In this document: one piece after another, positions 57,598-64,000 of the stretch
How positions within the stretch are numbered: position 1 is the stretch's first letter
Layout of the letters: every line of letters starts with the position of its first letter
Assembly: GCA_002269645.1 (NCBI GenBank)
Contig: NIVC01000110.1
Coordinates: forward strand, 806,001-870,000
Reading direction: 5' to 3'
Source: Macrostomum lignano
Lineage: Eukaryota
DNA length: 64,000 nucleotides
Notes under the pieces: model-generated
Told to the model about the DNA's origin: nothing
Databases searched by the model: none
Seen by the model: the letters and a program-made list of their open reading frames with translations, nothing else
Made by a program: the position numbers and the translations under genes

Positions 57598-60500
57598 TCA
57601 GGGGGACCCGTCGGTCTCGCCTGCAGCGTGATCCTCCTCACCGACAGTGGGGAAGAAATCGGCTCGTCCCGTGTCCCTGAGGTACCGGGCGAGCAGCGGG
57701 ATGCTCTCGGGCCTGCAAACGTCGGAGAGAACCGGGTTTGGCCCGAGGTGAGTGAGCCTGGCCCTGGTGAAAACCGGGCAGTGGCAGATAAAATGCTCGG
57801 CGTTTTCACTGCCTGAGCGGCAGAAGGGGCACCGCTCCTCGGGTACCTGGCCCTGAAGGAAGCGGTGACGAGAGAAGCAGCCATGCCCGGAGAGGGCCAT
57901 GCTAACTGCTCTGAGGTCTCTGCGGTTGAGCCTGAGGAGGGCTCTACGCAGGAGAGGGGAGGGGCAGGGGACGGCCGCCCGGGATTGCCTACAGTTCCGG
58001 GTGTCGTGCCACCTGCGGAGATGCTCGGAGTCAGCCCAGCGCTTAACGCGGGAGTTGATCACCGAGGCGGGGATGGGGGCTCCCGGGCCCGGCCCCAGCA
58101 GCGCGCCGGCGGAGCCAGCCTTGGCCAGCAGGTCGGCGCGCTCGTTGCCGAGGAAGCCGGCGTGGCCCGGGATCCATCTGAGCTCCACCTGGTTGCCTAG
58201 CGCAAGCCCGTTGAGCTGGGTGTTGCAGTCCAGGACGGACCTGGAGCTGGTGGTGCAGCGGCAGAGGGCCCGAAGGGCTGCTTGGCTGTCAGAGTGAAAA
58301 ATAAGCTTCCGACCGCTAAGCTGCCTTCGGCGCAGTTCTGCCGCGCAGGAGCTGATGGCAAGCACCTCGCTCTGAAAAACACTGGAGTTGAGCCCAGTGT
58401 GCTGGGAGTAGCTCCACGCCACTTCTCCCTTGAAGAAGACGCACGCTCCGAAGCCCGAAAGACCATGCTTCATAGAGCCGTCAGTGTAACAGTGGACTTC
58501 AGAATCGCTCCAGCTGTCACTCGCCTCATGTCGAGGCTGAATAGTGACCTTATACCTTTGGCTCAGGAGAAGGGTGGCTGGGATCGAGTCCGAGAGGATG
58601 TTGAGCCCGCCACATTCTTCTAGAGCCTTGAGGCAGAGGTCAGAGTGCGGGATAAGCGACCGCTTCTTAAAGGCCCGCACTTTCTTGAAGGCCACCCCAG
58701 CATCCAGAAGACGCCGGGTGCTCTTCGCCGCCTCTCCTTTGATATAAATATCCAGAGGAGGGGTGCAGAGGAAGGCATTCATGCCTTCAAAAGGAGTAGA
58801 GGGTGGAGCGCCCATAGTCATGCGGCAGGCTCTGCCCTGGATTTTGTAGAGAGCGTCGAGGTTACTCTTGACGCCCAGACCGCTAGCCCACACGAGGCTG
58901 GCGTAACTGATCGAGGGGCGGATGATTGCAGTGTAAATCCACCACAGCTTCCTGGGGGTGAGCCCCCAGGTGGTGCCCACGGCGCGCCTGATCTGAGCCA
59001 GGACAGCCAGGGCTTTTTTGGCTTTAGTTTGAATGTGCGGAGTCCAGTTGAGCCTGTGGTCCAGAGTGAGGCCCAGGCAGCGGACCTGCTTCTCCATGGA
59101 AATGTTCTTTCCATAGAGGGTGAGGGGCTTAATGGTCCAGAGCAGTTTGTTGGTAAACATGACCGCTGTGGTTTTCGACTCTGAGAGTCTAAGACCACAT
59201 TGGTTTGCCCAACGCTCCGCTCGTCCCAGAAAGCCCTGCAGAAGATCTCTGATGGTGTCAACCGAGGGGCCCGCGCAGATCGCGGTCACGTCATCGGCAT
59301 AGCCCACCTTGAGAATGGGGTCGTGGAGATCACTGCAAAGCAGCTCATCCATGACCATGTTCCAGAGAACGGGGGTGAGAACTCCGCCCTGGGGGCCCCC
59401 TTTTTGGACAGGCGCCGAAAGAGAGCTGCCGTTCAGGTGGGCCACAACAGTGCGGTTCCGGATCATGAACATGATCCACCGGACAAGGTGAGGGTGCGTG
59501 GCCCTGGATTCCAGGGCTCTGCAAAAGGCCTCGAAGATGACGTTGTCGAAGGCCCCCTCAATGTCCAGAAAAAGCGAGAGGGCAAAGCCGCTGCCAAGAA
59601 CGGCCCTCTCCAGGAAGTCAACAATGACATGGAGGGCACTCTCGGTAGACCTGCCCGCGCGGAAGGCGTGCTGGTTCTGCGAGAGTGGGAAGCGCTTCAG
59701 CTCGACTGAAAGTAGGCGCCAGAGCACCAGTCTCTCGAGGAGCTTGAGGCAGAAAGAAGTGAGGCTGATAGGCCTGAAGGCCTTCACCGATTGGTAATCG
59801 CTCTTTCCAGGCTTGGGGATAAAGACCACCCGGGCCTCTCTCCACGCAACTGGTACATAGCCCAGCTCCACACAAGCTCGGAGGAGACGACAGAGGAGGT
59901 CCAGAAAGCGGTGGTTTTTCGCCGCCTCGTGCAAGAACGCTGGGTAGATGCCGTCGGGCCCAGGCGCCTTGAACGGGTTAAAGGACCTTGCCGCTCTAAT
60001 AATGCGGTCTTTGGTGATTATAGACTTTGCTAGGCCTTGCCCTCCCACTGTGTGGTCAGGCGGGCCCTGCTGAGTCGGAGATTTAGGGAAGAAACTGTTG
60101 AGCATTAGCTCCAGAGTCTCTTCAGAGCTCCCTGTGACCGAGCCGTCAGGTCTCTTTACAACAGAGAGTTTAGAAAAACGGTCATTTGTGAGTGCCTTAA
60201 CCACGCGGGCTACGGGGCGAGAGCCCTCAAGCCCTTCGCAGTATTGGCGCCACTTGGCCGTCTTGGCCCTTCTGACTTGGCCCTTAAACTCGTGGATCGC
60301 ACAGGTATAAGGTATAAGCCTCTCTGTCAGATGGGTCTTTGGTTTTGAGCGCTCGCCTTTGGAGGGTCCTGGCTCGGCGCCGAAGGGCCCCGAGCTCTGG
60401 GTTCCACCAGGGAGCAGATTTCTTGCCTTTATAGGCTTTTAGAGGGCAGGCTGCTTCAAAGGCAGTGGTGATCGCCCCACTCAGGGAGGAGGCGAGATCA

Positions 60501-61309
60501 TCCACCACCTGGCAGTCAGAGAGGTCACTGGGGGGGTCAAGATCCCGAAGGCCGCGGCTCAGCTTCGAGCCAAAGGCGGCCCAATCGGTGTTCCTGACGT
60601 TCCGACTCCAAGTGACCTTAGGCTTTTGATTGGTCGGCCCAATGCAAAAGCGGATAAAGCGGTGGTCCGAGAGCGAGTCCTCGTCCCACACTCGCCAGCC
60701 CGTAACTGCGGAAAGCAGTCCGGGTGAGGCGATGGTGGTGTCGATGACTTCGGCCCACCGCCCATTATTGAACGTTGGTGCATTGCCCACGTTACAGAAA
60801 TTGAGGTTAGTGCTGCTGACATAGGCCAGCAGCTCCTCGCCTCTGCTATTAATGTTTTTGCTGCCCCAATGCAGGTGGTGTGCGTTCACATCCCCTGCAA
60901 TGAGCAGCTCGAACCGATGGGACGCAGCATAGTCAATAAGGTTGACTAGCGCGTCGCAGACAACTGGGGCATCGCCCGGGAAATAGGCAGATGCTACCAG
61001 CACAGGTTTATTGGGAATGAGGTTATTGATTTGAACAACACAGATGTCCCCAGACGAGAGATCAGGTCTCATCCATGCCTCAAAAGCTTTCGCAGCAAAG
61101 ACCAGAGATCTTGGGCGAGGCTGAGAGCCCGCCATGCAAAAACAGTGGTAGCCAGATGGCACATTATTTGGCTTACCTTTAGTCATCCAGGGCTCCTGTA
61201 CGAAGACCAGGCCCGGAAGCTGTTGCTCTGCCGTGCGCATCAGGTTGACTGACGCCGCCACGCAGTGCTGGGTGTTGATCTGCAGACACCAGGTAGTCGC
61301 TGGCATCAT
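57598..61309 (-). pseudogene. LINE ORF2 (AP endonuclease, RT, RNase H, CCHC), broken by a 7-bp duplication at ~60305-60318
   Basis: APE motifs VQEP, GDVNAH and SDH; RT PQGG and YADD; RNase H YTDGS, SDSQA and GNERAD; C-terminal CPFC..H..C. GGTATAA is duplicated and shifts the frame. Confidence 0.9.
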
Positions 61310-62946
61310 TGCAGATCGGATGTTGCAGCCGCCAGGAGTTCCTCCTCCTCCTCGGCGCTCACCGGCTTCGGGTCGGGGTCGCCGGTATCCATGGGCTCTT
61401 CTTCAGCAAAAGGCCCCCGATTGGCTGGAAGGCAGTAGGCAGCGTTCGCCGCCCTTTGCCCACCATCCATGGGGTCCTCCGCCTCAGATTGGCCCAATGC
61501 CCTGGAGCAGCCAGCCGCCTGGGCAGGCGGGTCCGTCTCCAGTCGGCCCTGCCCCGAGGGGTTGGGCCCAGCTGGGACGTCCCCACCCTCCCTGGACGAA
61601 CTGGTGCGCCTAGGCGTCCCGGCGACCTCTCGCCTCAGCTGGGCGATTTTGGCGGTACGGACTGCCTCAGCTGCACGCTGGTACAGGCCGCGCCGCTTGG
61701 TGCTGCGCGCCGGGCGTCGGTCGCCTCCGCCCTCAGCAGCGCGCTCAGCTTTGCCCGCGCGGCCGTGCTGCCGGGCAGGGCGGTTTGCTTTGGCAGTCTG
61801 AGCAGAGGCTTGCGCCTCGGCCCCGGCCGCCTCCGCATCCCGCCCGCCCTGCTCACTGCCACGGGGAGGGTCGGCCTCGTAAGAGCGGATGCGCAGCTTC
61901 CAAAGGCCGACGTTGATGAAGCTGCCGTGTGGATAACGCCTCATCCAGGCGTCCGACAGCCCCAGGATGGCTGTGAAGCCAGTGCCGTCGGTGCGCTTAA
62001 GGGTGTCATGCACCACAAGGCCCGCGGCGGGAAGCTCTCGGTTGACTGCTAGCAGTCCTTTCCGGAGCTCGTCAGCAGAGGTAACAACGCTCCTGGCCGG
62101 GACCCAGATTCGATGCCTCTTGGTCCGGGGGCGCTCGTCCTCTCTGCAGAAGGCTAGGTTGAGGTCCCAGCTCTGCTCGGGCAGCAGCTCAAGGAGCCGC
62201 CGACCCGAGTCAGCATCACTGGGCCAAATGAGAAGGCACGAGTCCCTCGTCGCATTCGAATGAATGTTCAGAGGCGTGCCCTTCAGAGTAAGCTTCCACA
62301 GGAGGCCATCAACGGCACCTCTCACCTGCTTCAGCTGATCGGGAGACAGGCGCGCGTCCTTTCCCAGGATGACAACCGCCGGTTGCCTCTTTGCCGCATC
62401 AGCGTAGGAGGCCCGGGGGTCAGTGGAGCTTTCTTCAGGTGGGCTGTCCACCCTCCCGGCTGCATCGGCCTCCCTATCCTGGGCAGGGGCTTCCGTGGGC
62501 TCGAGGCCCTCTTCCGCCACCGCCCCAGACTGGGAAGCTTCCGCTGCCGCGGGCCGTTGGCCCCTGGCACCGGTTTGGCTTCCGCCCTCCTTGGCCCGCC
62601 TCGCCTTGTTAAGTCGACGGCGGGCAGCTCCAGAGGTGGTGCTGCGTTGCTTAGCAGCTGGAGTAGCAGGTGTCTTCTCGGAGGCACCGCTCAGAGTTGG
62701 CTCCACGGGTCTCGCCGAGGCGTCCCCGATGGTAGCAGGTGGTATGGCCGAGGAGTCCACGGCCCCAGCCGAGGCCGGAGGCACTGTGTCATCCACAGCC
62801 GGTTTGTTACTTCGGTTAGAAGCCATTGGCTGGAAGTAAAAAGGTGGGACTTCCTGCAGAACACAGGCAAAGAGCCGCAAGGCCGCAACCCCAAACCAAT
62901 CGGCAGGCCCCCAAAAAGCAAAATACCACCCTGCGGGGGGACCCAA
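61306..62946 (-). CDS. LINE ORF1 (gag-like nucleic-acid-binding protein), 546 aa
   Basis: Long ORF directly upstream of ORF2 with an ATGA stop/start overlap; SYADAAK motif and basic regions. Confidence 0.75.
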   Translation of the reverse strand: MGPPAGWYFAFWGPADWFGVAALRLFACVLQEVPPFYFQPMASNRSNKPAVDDTVPPASAGAVDSSAIPPATIGDASARPVEPTLSGASEKTPATPAAKQRSTTSGAARRRLNKARRAKEGGSQTGARGQRPAAAEASQSGAVAEEGLEPTEAPAQDREADAAGRVDSPPEESSTDPRASYADAAKRQPAVVILGKDARLSPDQLKQVRGAVDGLLWKLTLKGTPLNIHSNATRDSCLLIWPSDADSGRRLLELLPEQSWDLNLAFCREDERPRTKRHRIWVPARSVVTSADELRKGLLAVNRELPAAGLVVHDTLKRTDGTGFTAILGLSDAWMRRYPHGSFINVGLWKLRIRSYEADPPRGSEQGGRDAEAAGAEAQASAQTAKANRPARQHGRAGKAERAAEGGGDRRPARSTKRRGLYQRAAEAVRTAKIAQLRREVAGTPRRTSSSREGGDVPAGPNPSGQGRLETDPPAQAAGCSRALGQSEAEDPMDGGQRAANAAYCLPANRGPFAEEEPMDTGDPDPKPVSAEEEEELLAAATSDLQ

Positions 62947-64000
62947 AAGCGCAAGGGGAACCGTTAGCGACCAGACTACTCCCTGGCCAAGCGTCCATCA
63001 GCACGGAGTTACACTGGGACATTAGAGGGTGCGTTTATGGTCACACCAGGACCCGGCGCCAACGAATCAGCTCGGCAGGGCCCAAAGGGGCCTGCCTTAA
63101 CACCCACGGGACGAGTACCCTTCGAAGTGCGCCTTGCAAGGTGAAAATCAGGAGACAGAGTCTCTTGAGCTATCGGCCCGCCAGGGGAGGCAGGTGTGAG
63201 CATCGCTGGCTGGGATAAAGGCCATACCAGTCTCATACTGCACAGATAGTTCACCACGCCATTACGTGCAGGACCCGGGGTCCTGGGGGCAACAGCCCCG
63301 GCATGCGCTCCCTTTCTCCAATTAACACTGTAGGAATACCAAGCCATTTTTCCGCCCGTCGAACTACCAAGAGGGGGGGAAATTCCCCCCCCAGACAATT
63401 TTTTTTGTTGCGCCGTATTGGAGCAACGTAGGCACACGAAATTCAAGAACACGGGCTAACTTTTTGTTGCGCACCCTCTCAAACACAAATCAAGTCGCCA
63501 GCCCTCCGGACCGTCGAGATATTCAACGATTCTGCCAGAAGGTCGGATTTTTCCCATAAGTGCTAGTGTATTCAGTTCACCCCTGTGCGCCAATCAGCAC
63601 TGCGCCTCAGTGCAGCCTTCCAATGCCTCCAAATTTCATCAGCACGTCGACCACATGTGTCTGCATCAGCTCTGACAACGTTGGTCACTAGCCTTCACCC
63701 AGGCGGAGCTTTCTGGACCTTCAAAAGGTGGTACCAAGTGACTATGGACACCCTGATACGAATTTCTCGAGTTTCGCTGATCAAGCCTCGACAGTGGGCA
63801 AACCTCAACTGCTAGGTCTCCTCAGCTAGTCTCTCGGGCATTCCGTTATCACCCCGACGCCGTCGGCACCTTCAACAGGTGGCATCAGATGACTATGGAC
63901 ATCCTTTTGCATCTATGTTAAGTTTTTCTTATGAAGCTTCAATAATGGACAATCTGTAACGCCTGGTTATTCTCAGCAAGAGTCTCAAACAGTCTATAAT

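Larger units (their letters stand above)
57485..63302 (-). mobile_element. Non-LTR retrotransposon with APE-RT-RNase H (LOA/R1/I-group like), apparently full length
   Basis: ORF1 plus ORF2, short repeat tail TAAGTCAAG, and a candidate 12-bp TSD ATGCGCTCCCTT at 57473-57484 and 63303-63314. Confidence 0.85.

Noticed and set aside
57453-63452. Numerous overlapping antisense ORFs in the LINE, and likewise in the cGLR exons
   Set aside because: Expected shadows of GC-rich coding sequence; no motifs.
63717-63901. Imperfect ~34-bp direct repeat (ACCTTCAA.AGGTGG....GTGACTATGGACA) ~150 bp apart
   Set aside because: Only two diverged copies near the window edge; not interpretable without flanking sequence.

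Overview
Eukaryotic (intron-containing, TE-rich, invertebrate-like) DNA; the species cannot be fixed from sequence alone. The window has two layers. (1) An array of three paralogous genes encoding N-terminal ankyrin repeats fused to a Mab-21/cGAS-like (cGLR-type) nucleotidyltransferase. Copy 1 (+, 3686-9251) looks intact, copy 2 (+, ~11790-15570) is 5'-truncated and frameshifted, and copy 3 (-, 55663-50835) has one frameshift. Copies 2 and 3 with their downstream spacers form the arms of a large fold-back inverted duplication centred near 47.5 kb. (2) A three-level nested insertion in the left arm. A Gypsy LTR retrotransposon (21058-44547, identical 195-bp LTRs, ATAAG TSD) is split by an 18.9-kb Polinton/Maverick (adintovirus-like) endogenous virus (23482-42398, AGGCCA TSD). 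The Polinton encodes integrase, pPolB, protease, ATPase, major and minor capsid and a PLA2. Its pPolB gene is in turn split, without a TSD, by a deleted Ngaro-type tyrosine-recombinase retroelement (28551-30979). The Polinton termini hold loxP/FRT-like sites (14-bp arms, 8-bp spacer) whose spacers lie in direct orientation although they sit in inverted repeats. A perfect heat-shock element plus TATA box precedes its first orphan gene. An APE-RT-RNaseH LINE (57485-63302), a MITE, a probable SINE and several mini/microsatellites make up the rest. All coordinates and alignments were read by eye; no database search was run.
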